Origin: Candidatus Eiseniibacteriota bacterium
GTDB taxonomy: Bacteria > Eisenbacteria > RBG-16-71-46 > CAVPCR01
Assembly: GCA_963702435.1 (NCBI GenBank)
Contig: CAVPCR010000003.1
Coordinates: 384,001 to 448,000 of the forward strand
DNA: 64,000 nucleotides
Direction of reading: 5' to 3'
Shown: in pieces, positions 12,835-23,238 of the stretch
Layout of the letters: each line of letters starts with the position of its first letter
Position numbering within the stretch: position 1 is the stretch's first letter
Notes under the pieces: generated by a model
Told to the model about the DNA's origin: nothing
Database searches by the model: none
The model's input: only the letters and a program-made list of their open reading frames with translations
Made by a program: the position numbers and the translations under genes

Positions 12835-13851
12835 ATGAAGCGACTGGCATCGATCCTGTGTGCAGGCCTGCTCGTGCTGTCGGCGGCGTCGGCATTCGCC
12901 ATCAGCACCTCCAACGTGGCGGAGCCCATCCAGAAGGGCGCCCCCACTCAGGTTCCGGGCGGCTGGACCGACACCGGCGGCGAGACTCCGGCCACCGCCA
13001 CCCTCATCACCTCCCTCCCCTACACCGACTCGGACAACACCTGCGGCCGCGTCCAGGACTACACCGCGTCCTGCGGCGCCAACGCGGCTCCGGATCTCTT
13101 CTACCGCTACGTGCCGACCTCGAACCAGAACGGCGTCACCATCTCGCTCTGCGGCTCGAGCTATGACACGGTGCTCTACGTCCTCGAGAACAACGTCGAG
13201 ATCGCCTGCAACGACGACTTCTGCGGTCTGCAGTCGGAGCTGACCGTCTCCTTCGTGGCCGGCCGGACCTACATCATCGGCGTGAGCGGCTTCTCTACCA
13301 ACTGCGGCCCGTACACGCTGAACATCTCCGGTGTGCCCGTCCCCTGCATCCCGACCTGCCCGGCCGGTACGCAGGTGGAAGGTGAGCCCCTCTGCGGTCC
13401 GAACTACGTGGACGCCTTCAACGGCGGCTGCAACTCGACGCCGGCCGTCTTCTCGCAGGTCACCTGCGGCGTGATCTGCGGCGAATCCGGAACGTACCTG
13501 TTCAACAGCGCGCAGTATCGCGACACCGACTGGTACACGCTGCCGGCCACCTACTCCGGCGGCTCGTACAGCGGCCTGTCGGATGGCTTTGCGCTCCGCC
13601 TCTTCGTCCTCACGCCGGTCTGCCCGACGACCGTCATCTCGACGACCACGTCTCCGAACTGCGTGCCGTCGTCGTCGCTCACCATCCCCGCCGGCGCCTC
13701 GTACCTCTTCGCCGGTCCGGACGTCTTCACGGGCGTCCCCTGCGGCCAGAAGTACCTCGTCAACATCACGGGCAACGTCCCGCAGCCGCCGTGCGGCGTG
13801 ACGGCGACCGAGCCCTCGACCTGGGGCCAGATCAAGAACGAGTACCGCTAG
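12835..13851 (+). CDS. Secreted Cys-rich protein with PPC-like domain and C-terminal TWGxIKxxYR motif
   Basis: GGAGGAG RBS, signal peptide MKRLASILCAGLLVLSAASAFA, YDTVLYV...ACNDDFCG, ends STWGQIKNEYR. Confidence 0.8.
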   Translation: MKRLASILCAGLLVLSAASAFAISTSNVAEPIQKGAPTQVPGGWTDTGGETPATATLITSLPYTDSDNTCGRVQDYTASCGANAAPDLFYRYVPTSNQNGVTISLCGSSYDTVLYVLENNVEIACNDDFCGLQSELTVSFVAGRTYIIGVSGFSTNCGPYTLNISGVPVPCIPTCPAGTQVEGEPLCGPNYVDAFNGGCNSTPAVFSQVTCGVICGESGTYLFNSAQYRDTDWYTLPATYSGGSYSGLSDGFALRLFVLTPVCPTTVISTTTSPNCVPSSSLTIPAGASYLFAGPDVFTGVPCGQKYLVNITGNVPQPPCGVTATEPSTWGQIKNEYR

Positions 13852-14176
13852 TTCCGCTCCGGGAGCGTTCGCTCTGAACGCCCCCGCGTGACGGCCAGCG
13901 AAAGGCGGGCGCCGGGTGACCGGCGCCCGCCTTCTTTTCTGCCCCGCTCCCTTTCCCCGAGCGCCAGGACCGAATCGGGCGGCGAGACGATCGCCGCGGC
14001 CACGATCCGACCGCGACCGGGCGCACACACGTCTCCACCGACGCTTCAGCGCACCCGCGACCTGGGGCGCGATCAGGAGCGAGTACCGGTAGTTCCGCTC
14101 CGGGAGCGATCGCTCTGAATGCCCCCGCGTGACGGCCAGAGGAAGGCGGGCGCCGGGGTGACCGGCGCCCGCCTTC
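13813..14176 (+). repeat. Two imperfect direct repeats of about 120 bp (13813-13934 and 14054-14176): gene 3' end plus terminator
   Basis: Both copies read ACCTGGGGC...GAGTACCG.TAGTTCCGCTCCGGGAGCG...AAGGCGGGCGCCGG..GACCGGCGCCCGCCTT. Confidence 0.9.
13901..13938 (+). terminator. Rho-independent terminator
   Basis: AAGGCGGGCGCCGG/CCGGCGCCCGCCTT hairpin followed by CTTTT. Confidence 0.75.
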
Positions 14177-14196
14177 CTCTTCTCCTCGCGTTCCGC

Positions 14197-15729
14197 TCAG
14201 CGCCCGGAGTGAGCCGGGGTGGGCCTCCCGCCCCCGTCGCCGGCGCCGAGAAGCCCGTCGTTCCGCCGCCGGCTGCTCTGCTGGCCCCCGTTCCTGAGCC
14301 GCTCCCCCTCGATCGCGGAGAGCATCTCGGCGGTCACGTCCCCGGTCGGATACTCGCCGCTGAAGCAGGCCCCGCAGGAGTTCCCGACCGCCGGGTTCCC
14401 GGCCAGCACCGAGTCGCGGAGCGCCGGGAGTTCCTGGTAGATCACGCGGTCGGCCCCGAGGAGCCGGGCCACCTCCTCGGTGCTGCGGTCGCGGGCGATG
14501 AACTCGGTGCGCGTCTGCATGTCGATCCCATAGACGCAGGGATGGCGGATCGGCGGCGCGGTCGATGCGAAGTAGACCCGGGCCGCACCGTTCCGCCGCA
14601 CCATGTCCACGATCGAGCGCGAGGTATGCCCGCGCACGATCGAGTCATCCACCAGGAGGACGCGCTTCCCCTCGAACACCGAGCGGATCGCATTCAGCTT
14701 GTGGCGCACCGAGCGGCGCCGGCTCTCGTCATCGGGCATGATGAAGGTGCGCCCGATGTAGCGGTTCTTGACGAGGCCCTCGCGGAAGGGCAGGCCGAGT
14801 TCGGTGGCGATGGCCTGGGCGGCCGTGCGCGCCGAGTCGGGGACGGGAACGACGACATCGATCTCGAGCCCGAGCTTCCGGATCTCCTGCGCCAGCCGCT
14901 CCCCCATCCGGATCCGGGTGTGGTAGACCGAGATGCCGTCGATCACCGAGTCCGGGCGTGCGAAGTAGACGAACTCGAAGAGGCAGGGATGCGCCCGCGG
15001 CGGCTCGATCTGCCGGCTGTGCACGACCCCTGTCATGTCGATGAAGAGGGCCTCGCCCGGCGCCGGGGACTTGACCTCGGTGAAGCCGAGGAGGTCGAGC
15101 ACCACCGACTCGGAGGCCACGGCGTAGGACGGTTCACCGTCGAGGAGACGCCGTCCCCACGCGATCGGCTTGATCCCGTACGGATCGCGAAAGGCGAACA
15201 GCCCCTGGCCGGCGATCATGCCGACCACCGAGTAGGAGCCGCGCACGCGCCGGAAGACCTCGCCGACCGCCGCGTAGTAGGACTCGACGTCGAATCCGTT
15301 CGGCGTCGTGCGCTCGAGACGGGCGGCGAAGATGTTCTGGATGACCTCGACGTCGCACCCCGAGTCGATGTGCCGCGACTCGCGGACCTCGAGCTCGCGC
15401 TTGAGATCCTGGTAGTTGGCGACGTTCCCGTTGTGCGCCATGACGATGCCGTAGGGGTAGTTGATCACGAACGGCTGGGCATCCTCGCCGCCGCCGGAGC
15501 CGACCGTCGGGTAGCGCACGTGGCCGACCCCGATCCCGCCCTTCAACCGCTCGATGTTGTCGGCGAAGAAGATGTCGCGGACGAGTCCCTCCCCCTTCTT
15601 CACGTGGAAGCGGCCGTCGTAGGTCACGATCCCCGCGGCGTCCTGTCCGCGGTGCTGCACCGCGACCAGGCCGTCGTAGATCTCGCGGACCGCGGACCCG
15701 GAGTGGATGATGCCGAGGAATCCGCACAT
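14197..15729 (-). CDS. purF: Amidophosphoribosyltransferase
   Basis: N-terminal MCG, QHRGQD, GHVRYPT, HNGN, CLFEFVYFARPDS and PRPP loop VDDSIVRG. Confidence 0.95.
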   Translation of the reverse strand: MCGFLGIIHSGSAVREIYDGLVAVQHRGQDAAGIVTYDGRFHVKKGEGLVRDIFFADNIERLKGGIGVGHVRYPTVGSGGGEDAQPFVINYPYGIVMAHNGNVANYQDLKRELEVRESRHIDSGCDVEVIQNIFAARLERTTPNGFDVESYYAAVGEVFRRVRGSYSVVGMIAGQGLFAFRDPYGIKPIAWGRRLLDGEPSYAVASESVVLDLLGFTEVKSPAPGEALFIDMTGVVHSRQIEPPRAHPCLFEFVYFARPDSVIDGISVYHTRIRMGERLAQEIRKLGLEIDVVVPVPDSARTAAQAIATELGLPFREGLVKNRYIGRTFIMPDDESRRRSVRHKLNAIRSVFEGKRVLLVDDSIVRGHTSRSIVDMVRRNGAARVYFASTAPPIRHPCVYGIDMQTRTEFIARDRSTEEVARLLGADRVIYQELPALRDSVLAGNPAVGNSCGACFSGEYPTGDVTAEMLSAIEGERLRNGGQQSSRRRNDGLLGAGDGGGRPTPAHSGR

Positions 15730-15756
15730 GCGTCTGCGCCGCCTTGCTATGGATGG

Positions 15757-17008
15757 TTACGAACTCTGCCCGACCGCTTCGGCCGCCACCAGGTCCTCCG
15801 GATTGACCCCGCGCTGGGTCTCGACCGGGATGTAGGCATCGAGGTGGGTGAGCTGCCCGGCCTCCTTGATGAGATTCCGCGCGATCACCATCCGCTGCAC
15901 CTGGTTGGTGCCCTCGTAGATCTGGGTGATCTTGGCGTCGCGCATGTACTTCTCGATCGGGTAGTCGCGCATGAAGCCGTAGCCGCCGAAGATCTGCACC
16001 GCGTTGGTCGTCACCTCCATGGCGACGTCGGTGGCGAAGAACTTGGCCATGGCCGCCAGCTTGGTGGTGTCCGGGGCCTCGGTCTCGATCGCCCGCGCCG
16101 AGGCGTACACGAGCTGGCGCGCCGCCTCGACCTTGGTCGCCATGTCGGCGAGCATCTGCTGGATCATCTGGAAGGACGAGATCTTGGCGCCGAACTGGTT
16201 GCGGCGGTTCGCGTAGACCAGGGCGTAGCTCGAGCGCGCCCTGCGGCGAGCCCGACGGCCTGCGCGGCGACGCCGGGGCGGGCGCGGTCGAGCGTCATCA
16301 TGGCGTGCTTGAACCCGTATCCCGCCTTCCCGCCGAGGAGGTTCTCGGCCGGCACGCGGCAGTCGTCGAAGTCGAGTTCGACGACCGGCACGCAGCGGAT
16401 GCCCATCTTGTCCTCGACCTTCCCGATCTTGAAGCCGGGCGTGCCCTTCTCGACGAGGAACGCCGAGATGCGACGCGAGCGGGACTTGGGATCGGTCACC
16501 GCGAAGACCGTGTAGAAGTCGGCGGCGCCGCCGTTCGTGGTCCACTTCTTCTCGCCGTTCAGGACGTAGTGCTTGCCGCTCTCGACCGCCTGCATCCGCA
16601 TGCCGCCGGCGTCGGAGCCCGCGATACTTCTCGGAGAGGCCGAACGCGATGAGCTTCTCGCCGCGCGCGATCGGCGGCAGGTAGCGCCTCTTCTGCTCCT
16701 CGGTGCCGGCCACGATGATCGGGAACGAGCCGAGCGCGTTCACGGCGAAGAGGACGCCCACGCCGCCGCAGGCCTTCGAGAGCTCCTCGACGACCAGGCA
16801 GAGGTCGAGGACCGAGCCGCCCGGCCCCGCCGTACTCCCTCGGGATCCACACCCCGATGAGCCCGGCCGCGGCGAGTCCTTCCTTGATCTCCCAGGGATA
16901 CTCCTGGAGTCGGTCGTACTTCGCCGCCAGCGGACGCACCAAGCGATTGGCCACTTCCCGCGCGCGCTCCTGCCACTTGCGAGTTTCGTTGCTCAGATAC
17001 GCCGACAT
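15757..17008 (-). CDS. Acyl-CoA dehydrogenase, about 3 apparent frameshifts
   Basis: AFGLSE, LNGEKKWTTNG, KMGIR and QIFGGYGFMRDYPIEKYMRDAKITQIYEGT. Frame switches near 16823, 16628 and 16235. Confidence 0.85.
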
Positions 17009-17178
17009 GCCTGCCTCATCGCGCGGCGCCGCTTGGCGCCGGCCTGGTTAGCGGTCCGATCGGGGCTCACCGAGACGGGGAAAGGCGCAGTCTAGCACAG
17101 GGAATGGGGACCGGGGGCCGCGGGGGAGCACGGGAGGACGGCCCGCCGTGCCGCGGGCAGGGTCTGCCGCCGCTCGAG

Positions 17179-18276
17179 CTAGGCGTCGAGGCGCCGCTCG
17201 CTCGATGCGTCGAAGAGATGGAGCCGATCGAGCTCCAGGTCGAGCTCCATCGTGCCGCCGACCGCCGGAGCGCGGTGCGGATCGGTCTTGGCCACGAAGG
17301 CGGCGTCGCCGATCCGGCCGTGCACGACCGCCTCGTGGCCGAGGAGCTCGACGAGCTCGACCGCCATCGCGAGCCGGTGGGTCTCGCCGCGCCCGCCGGG
17401 CCCCGCTCTATCGGCGAGGTGTTCCGGCCGGATGCCGGCGATCACGCGGCGCCCGTCGCCGCCGGCCGTCCATGCGCGAAGGGAGGCCGGGACCGGCAGC
17501 CGGAGGTCGCCGGCCGCGAGCGCCGCTCCGCCGCCGGCCACGGTCGCGGCCAGGAGATTCATGGGCGGCGTCCCGATGAAGCCGGCCACGAAGAGGGTAG
17601 CCGGGCGCTCGTAGACCTCGAGCGCGCTACCCACCTGCTCGAGCCGGCCGGCGCGCATGACTGCGATCCGGTGCCCCATGGTCATCGCCTCGACCTGGTC
17701 GTGGGTGACGTAGAGACTGGTCGTCTCGAGGCGCTGCTGCAGGCGCGTGAGCTCGCCGCGCATCTGGACCCGGAGCTTGGCGTCGAGGTTGGACAGGGGT
17801 TCGTCGAACAGGAAGACCGCGGGCTGGCGCACGATCGCGCGGCCGAGCGCGACGCGCTGCCGCTGCCCGCCCGAGAGCTCCTTCGGCTTGCGATCGAGAA
17901 GCGCGATGATGTCGAGCACCTGCGCCGCGGCGCGTACGCGGGCCGCCATCTCGGCGGCCGGCGTCTTCCGCATCCTGAGCCCGAACTCGAGATTCCCGCG
18001 CACCGTGAGATGCGGATAGAGCGCGTAGCTCTGGAAGACCATGGCGATGTCGCGATCCCTGGGCGGGAGATCGTTCACCCGGCGGCCGTCGATCGTGATC
18101 GTGCCCGCGCTGACCTCTTCGAGCCCGGCGAGCATGCGGAGCGCCGTCGATTTGCCGCAGCCCGAGGGGCCGACGAGCACCATGAACTCGCGATCGCGGA
18201 TCCGGAGATCCAGGTCCTCGATCACCGAGACGGCGCCGAACCGCTTCGCCACGCCTTTGAACTCGACCTCCGCCAT
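17179..18276 (-). CDS. MalK/UgpC-type ABC transporter ATP-binding protein
   Basis: [35 protein letters not shown] and a C-terminal TOBE-like region. Confidence 0.92.
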   Translation of the reverse strand: MAEVEFKGVAKRFGAVSVIEDLDLRIRDREFMVLVGPSGCGKSTALRMLAGLEEVSAGTITIDGRRVNDLPPRDRDIAMVFQSYALYPHLTVRGNLEFGLRMRKTPAAEMAARVRAAAQVLDIIALLDRKPKELSGGQRQRVALGRAIVRQPAVFLFDEPLSNLDAKLRVQMRGELTRLQQRLETTSLYVTHDQVEAMTMGHRIAVMRAGRLEQVGSALEVYERPATLFVAGFIGTPPMNLLAATVAGGGAALAAGDLRLPVPASLRAWTAGGDGRRVIAGIRPEHLADRAGPGGRGETHRLAMAVELVELLGHEAVVHGRIGDAAFVAKTDPHRAPAVGGTMELDLELDRLHLFDASSERRLDA

Positions 18277-18513
18277 CCGCCCGCGCTCCCTTCAAGTTCG
18301 AGCCTCGCGACGGCCGCGATCCTCCCGACTCGCGCACACGCCGTCAAGAGGCCTCAGCCGCCGGGACCCCGGGCGGCGCCGCCCGGGGCCGACCCGGAAG
18401 CCGCCGGGGGTCGCGGTTGCAGACGCCCCCGCTCTCCCCTATGCTGCCCCCCGGATCGGCCGCTCGGCGGATGGTCCCGCCCGGGCGCCGGTGGCACGGC
18501 CGAGTGAAACACG

Positions 18514-19410
18514 ATGAGCCTCGTCAATCGCCTGATCGCCTCCACCCTGCCCTTCGTTCCCCGTTCGATCATCGGCCACTTCTCGGAGCGCTACATCGCC
18601 GGCCCCGCGGTCGACGACGCCATGCGCGTGGTCAAGGAGCTCAACAAGACCGGCGCCGTGGCGACGGTCGATGTCCTCGGTGAGCACCTGACGCGGATCG
18701 AGGAGGCCGACCTCGCCCTCGCGTCCTACGAGGAGCTGATCGCGCGCATCGCACGCGAGCGCGTGGACGCGACCGTCTCGGTCAAGCTCACCGCGCTCGG
18801 CCTCCAGAAGGACCCGGCCGTCTGCTACGACCACATGCGGCGATTGTGCGCCGCAGCGCGCGACGCGGGGAACTTCGTCACGATCGACATGGAGGACTCG
18901 AGCTGCACCACGGCGACGCTCGACATCTATCGGCGGCTCCGGCGCGAATTCCCGGCGGTGGGCACCGTCATCCAGGCCTACCTCCGCCGGAGCAAGGCCG
19001 ACGTCGTCGCTCTCGCCGCCGAGAAGGCGAACATCCGCCTGTGCAAGGGCATCTACATCGAGCCGCGGGCGATCGCCTACCGCGACCGCGACATCGTGCG
19101 CGCCAACTTCACCGATCTCCTGGCCACCCTGCTGCGCGGCGGCAGCTACGTCGGGATCGCCACCCATGACGAGATCCTCGTCTGGCACGCGCTGCGCCTG
19201 ATCGAGGAGCTCGCGCTCGACCCCACCGCCTACGAGTTCCAGATGCTCCTCGGCGTGGACGAAGAGCTCCGCCGCGTCCTCATCCAGGGCGGCCACCGCC
19301 TCCGCGTCTACGTGCCCTACGGCGCCCACTGGTACGCGTACTCGATGCGCCGGCTCAAGGAGAACCCGGACATCGTCGGGCACATCCTGAAGGGCATGTT
19401 CCGGGCCTAG
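18514..19410 (+). CDS. Monofunctional proline dehydrogenase
   Basis: DVLGE, SVKLTALG, IDMED, QAYL, RLCKG, IATHD and YSMRRLKE. Confidence 0.9.
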   Translation: MSLVNRLIASTLPFVPRSIIGHFSERYIAGPAVDDAMRVVKELNKTGAVATVDVLGEHLTRIEEADLALASYEELIARIARERVDATVSVKLTALGLQKDPAVCYDHMRRLCAAARDAGNFVTIDMEDSSCTTATLDIYRRLRREFPAVGTVIQAYLRRSKADVVALAAEKANIRLCKGIYIEPRAIAYRDRDIVRANFTDLLATLLRGGSYVGIATHDEILVWHALRLIEELALDPTAYEFQMLLGVDEELRRVLIQGGHRLRVYVPYGAHWYAYSMRRLKENPDIVGHILKGMFRA

Positions 19411-19423
19411 CCCGCCGGCCCGT

Positions 19424-20659
19424 TCAGCGTTCGGGCCCGGGGACGCTCCCGGAGCCGCCCGCTTGGCCGGTGCGGTGGAAGATGTCCCCCTGCCCGAATC
19501 CGGCGTTCCGCCAGACCAGGTGCAATGCCCCGTCGGCGCCGGCGGCGAGACACGGGTTGAAACAGGGGACCGGCAGGTCGGTCGTCACCAGGGTCTCCTC
19601 GGTGAGACCTCCGGGGTTCACGCGGGCGTAGTAGATCTGCGCCGAGGCCGAGTCCCCCTCAGCATGCCGGCCGTCCTCCCACAGGAGATGGAGGCCGCTC
19701 GCGGCGGCGACGAGACAGGGAGAACGCGCGGCCGATCCTTCCTTCCCGGCGCGCAGCGGCGTCCCGAATCCCTTCCCGTCCGCCGCGGCCACGAGCACCG
19801 CCTCTGCCCCACCCCGCGTGTCCATCCACGCGATGTGCGCCCGGCCATCCGGCGTCACGGCCACCGAGGGGCGGGTCTGGCGGCCGGCTCCCTCGAGAGG
19901 GCTCACCTCGGTGGGCGGCGTGTAGGAATCCGGCATGAGGCTCCCGTGGAGCACCCGCCGGGCCCCGCTCCGGTTGTCGGCCCACGCGAGATGGAGCCGG
20001 CCCTCGGGACCGTAGGCCAGCGCGACCTGGTCGGAGGCCCGCCTGTCTTGTGGAGTGACCGCCTCGATCGGTCCGAACGCCGACTGGCCGGCGGGCCGGC
20101 GGCGGAGCCGGAGCTCGTAGTTCATGTCCACCATCGCCGTCCAGGCGACCGCGACCTCGCCCCTGGGCCCCGCGGCGATCGCGGGCTCCATGACGAGGAG
20201 CGTCGGTTCGCAGAGCGATTCGGACGCCGCGAGCGCGAGCCGATCCAGGTCGAGTCGGGCTGCGCGCACCTCGAAGCTCCCGCTCCCCTGGTCCACCCAG
20301 GCGATCATGATCTCGCCGCCGGCGGTGGCGAGAGCGGCATCGCCCGAGTACTTGCCGTCGCTCGCGGTCAGGGCGGCCGATCGGGTCCACGTGCCATCCG
20401 GGAGGCGGACGCGCGCCATGAGCTCGGGCGCCCCGCCCTCCTCCGGGAATTCAGCCCACACCACGGCCACCCGCCCGGCACCGTCCACGGCCACAGCCTG
20501 CGGGCTGATCTCGTTGAGGGCCGAGGCCGTGGGGCTGTCGGAGACATCCACCTCGGGCTCGAAGGCCACCGCCCCGGCCGCGCCGGCTCCGGCCGCCAGG
20601 CCGAGCCCGACGCCCAGGGTCATCCGGATGGCATCGCTTACCGCCGTCTTCCAGCTCAT
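19424..20659 (-). CDS. Secreted beta-propeller-like repeat protein
   Basis: Signal-like N-terminus with repeated P.(I/V)A...G..H..W.D blades. C-terminal part of ORF 19424..22093. Confidence 0.65.
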   Translation of the reverse strand: MSWKTAVSDAIRMTLGVGLGLAAGAGAAGAVAFEPEVDVSDSPTASALNEISPQAVAVDGAGRVAVVWAEFPEEGGAPELMARVRLPDGTWTRSAALTASDGKYSGDAALATAGGEIMIAWVDQGSGSFEVRAARLDLDRLALAASESLCEPTLLVMEPAIAAGPRGEVAVAWTAMVDMNYELRLRRRPAGQSAFGPIEAVTPQDRRASDQVALAYGPEGRLHLAWADNRSGARRVLHGSLMPDSYTPPTEVSPLEGAGRQTRPSVAVTPDGRAHIAWMDTRGGAEAVLVAAADGKGFGTPLRAGKEGSAARSPCLVAAASGLHLLWEDGRHAEGDSASAQIYYARVNPGGLTEETLVTTDLPVPCFNPCLAAGADGALHLVWRNAGFGQGDIFHRTGQAGGSGSVPGPER

Positions 20660-20797
20660 AGAACCGCTCGACCTCCAGGCGAGATGGGGTGCTTCGACAC
20701 ATCGGGCGCGGGCAGCCGGGGCCGGCCCGCCGCCGGCCCCATGATGCACGGGTTCGGGCGTTTGACTCAAGCGCCGAGCCCGCCCTAGGATCCGGCC

Positions 20798-22060
20798 ATG
20801 TCCTCTCCATCCGAACCCCGCTCCGCCGTCCGCAAGCCCTTCACGGAAGAGGTCGAGACCCGCGGCCACCTGGTCGACTCCGGGCTCATGGCGCACATCT
20901 TCGACACGATCATCCGGGACGGAGCAGCCTTCCACGTCCTCGAGTTCGCGATGGGGCGGACCAATGAGGATGCGTCCCACGCGCGGATCGAGGTCGGCGC
21001 CGACTCGGCCGCGGTCCTCGAGCACCTGATCGAGAAGCTCCACGATCTCGGGTGCGTGCGCCGGACCGCTCCGGAGCCGGCGCTCGAACCGGCCCCCGCC
21101 GACGGCATCGCCCCTCCCGGCTTCTACTCGACGACCAACCACCCGACGGCCGTGCGCCTCGGAGAACGCTGGGTGCCGCTCGAGGCGCAGCGCATGGATG
21201 CGGCGATCGTGGTGGATGCCGGCGGGCGCGCCCGCTGCGTCAAGCTCCGCGATCTCCGGCGCGGCGATCCGGTGGTCTGCGGCATCGGCGGTGTCCGCGT
21301 CACGCCCGTCCCCCGCGAGCGCGATCGCTCGGATTTCGCCTTCATGTCGAACGACGTCTCGTCGGAGCGGCGCGTGCGGCTCGCCGTCCGCGACCTCGCC
21401 GCCGAGATCGCGGCGATCCGCGCCCGCGGCGGTCGCACCATCGTCGTGGCCGGGCCCGTCGTCATCCACACGGGCGGCGTCGAGGCGCTCTCCCATCTCA
21501 TCCAGAACCACTATGTCGCGGCGCTCCTCGCCGGGAACGCGCTCGCGGTCCACGATCTCGAGAATGCGCTCTACGGCACGTCGCTCGGCATCTCGACCCG
21601 GACCGGGCTCGCGGTCGATGAGGGCCATCACCACCACATCCGCGCCATCAACGCCGTGAACCACGCCGGCGGCATCGCCGCCGCCGTGCATGCCGGGCTC
21701 CTCCGGAGCGGCGTGATGAGCGCCTGCGTCCGCTCCGGAGTGGAGTTCGTGCTCGCCGGGAGTCTTCGCGACGACGGCCCGCTCCTCGAGACGATCACCG
21801 ACATGAACGTGGCGCAGGATGTCTACGCGCGGGTCCTCGCCGGGGCCGACCTCGTCCTCATCCTGAGCTCGATGCTGCACGGGATCGCGGTCGGCAACAT
21901 GCTCCCCGCCTCCGTACGCACGATCTGCGTCGATATCAACCCCGCCGTGGTCACCAAGCTCGCCGACCGCGGCACCACGCACGCCCTGGGCCTCGTCACC
22001 GACGTCGGCCTCTTTCTCCACCTCCTCGCCCAGGAGCTGGGCCTTCCCGGCGAGCCATGA
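20798..22060 (+). CDS. TIGR00300-family (LOR/SDH-like) putative ornithine cyclodeaminase
   Basis: GHLVDSG, FYSTTNHPT, RMDAAIVV, GNALAVHD, LAGSLRDDGP and KLADRG. Confidence 0.85.
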   Translation: MSSPSEPRSAVRKPFTEEVETRGHLVDSGLMAHIFDTIIRDGAAFHVLEFAMGRTNEDASHARIEVGADSAAVLEHLIEKLHDLGCVRRTAPEPALEPAPADGIAPPGFYSTTNHPTAVRLGERWVPLEAQRMDAAIVVDAGGRARCVKLRDLRRGDPVVCGIGGVRVTPVPRERDRSDFAFMSNDVSSERRVRLAVRDLAAEIAAIRARGGRTIVVAGPVVIHTGGVEALSHLIQNHYVAALLAGNALAVHDLENALYGTSLGISTRTGLAVDEGHHHHIRAINAVNHAGGIAAAVHAGLLRSGVMSACVRSGVEFVLAGSLRDDGPLLETITDMNVAQDVYARVLAGADLVLILSSMLHGIAVGNMLPASVRTICVDINPAVVTKLADRGTTHALGLVTDVGLFLHLLAQELGLPGEP

Positions 22061-22073
22061 CCGGCGGCGCGCC

Positions 22074-23237
22074 GTGAGGGGCGGCGACGTCATCGTGAAC
22101 GGGGCCGGCGCCGAGAGGCTGGCGGCCGGCCACCTCTGGATCTTCCGCGGGCAGATCCTCCGCGGCGAGCCGGCGGACGGAGATCTCGTTCGCGTCTCCG
22201 ATCAGCGCGGCCGCTTCCACGGCGTCGCGTTCTACTCGGCGCAGTCGGCGATCGCGCTCCGTCTCGTGACGCCCGAGGACCGGCCGGTGGATCGCGCGTT
22301 CCTCGCCGCGCGCCTCACGGCGGCGCGCAGCCGGCGTGCGCGCTGGCTCCCGGGGGTTCCGGCGTACCGGCTCGTGCACGGGGAAGCCGACGGGATCCCG
22401 GGCACGGTCGTCGATGTCTACGGCGAGCACGTCGTGCTGCAGACATTGACGGCCGGCAGCGAGAAGCTGCTCGACGCGCTGGCGGCGGCGCTCGTCGATC
22501 TCCTCCGGCCCGCCTCGATCCTCCTCCGGAACGATGCCGGCGTCCGCCGGCTCGAGGGGCTGCCGCGCGAGGTGCGCCAGCTGCACGGCGTGACTCCGGA
22601 GCGCGTGCCCGTGCGCGAGGGCGCCGTGCACCTCACCGCGGACCTCCAGCACGGGCAGAAGACCGGGCTCTTCCTCGACCAGCGCGAGAACCGGATCGCG
22701 GTCGAGAGCCTCGGCGGAAAGAAGGTGCTCGACTGCTTCGCCTACGAGGGAGCCTTCGCCCTCCACGCGGCCCCCGGCGCCGAGCAGGTGGTCGCCGTGG
22801 ATGTCTCGACCGCGGCGCTCGCGCAGGTCGAGGTCCATGCCCGCCTGAACGGATTCACGCAGATCAGGACGCTCGAGGGAAATGCGTTCGACATCCTCCG
22901 CTCGCTCGCGGCGAGCGGCGAGCGCTTCGATCTCGTGATCCTCGATCCGCCCGCCTTCGCCAAGAACAAGGCGGCGCTCGAGGGGGCGCTCCGCGGGTAC
23001 AAGGAGATCAACCTGCGCGCGCTCAAGCTCCTCGTGCCCGGCGGACACCTGGTCACGGCGAGCTGCTCGTATCACATGACCGAGCTGCGGTTCGAGGAGA
23101 TGCTGCGCGATGCGGCGGCGGACGCGCGGCGCACGGTGCGCGTCATCGCCCGGCGCGGCCAGGCGCTCGACCACCCGGTGCTCCTCGGCGTGCCCGAGAC
23201 GTCGTATCTCAAGTGCTGGGTGCTCGAGGCGGAATGA
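22074..23237 (+). CDS. RlmI-like class I SAM-dependent rRNA methyltransferase
   Basis: PUA-like N-terminus GHLWIF, GQKTGLFLDQRENR, DPPAF and ASCS. Confidence 0.88.
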   Translation: MRGGDVIVNGAGAERLAAGHLWIFRGQILRGEPADGDLVRVSDQRGRFHGVAFYSAQSAIALRLVTPEDRPVDRAFLAARLTAARSRRARWLPGVPAYRLVHGEADGIPGTVVDVYGEHVVLQTLTAGSEKLLDALAAALVDLLRPASILLRNDAGVRRLEGLPREVRQLHGVTPERVPVREGAVHLTADLQHGQKTGLFLDQRENRIAVESLGGKKVLDCFAYEGAFALHAAPGAEQVVAVDVSTAALAQVEVHARLNGFTQIRTLEGNAFDILRSLAASGERFDLVILDPPAFAKNKAALEGALRGYKEINLRALKLLVPGGHLVTASCSYHMTELRFEEMLRDAAADARRTVRVIARRGQALDHPVLLGVPETSYLKCWVLEAE

Positions 23238-23238
23238 G

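Noticed and set aside
13813..14176. Diversity-generating retroelement TR/VR pair
   Set aside because: Differences between the copies are not adenine-specific (T>G, C>G, T>A, C>T and C>A occur). The only RT in the window is a group II intron RT about 49 kb away.
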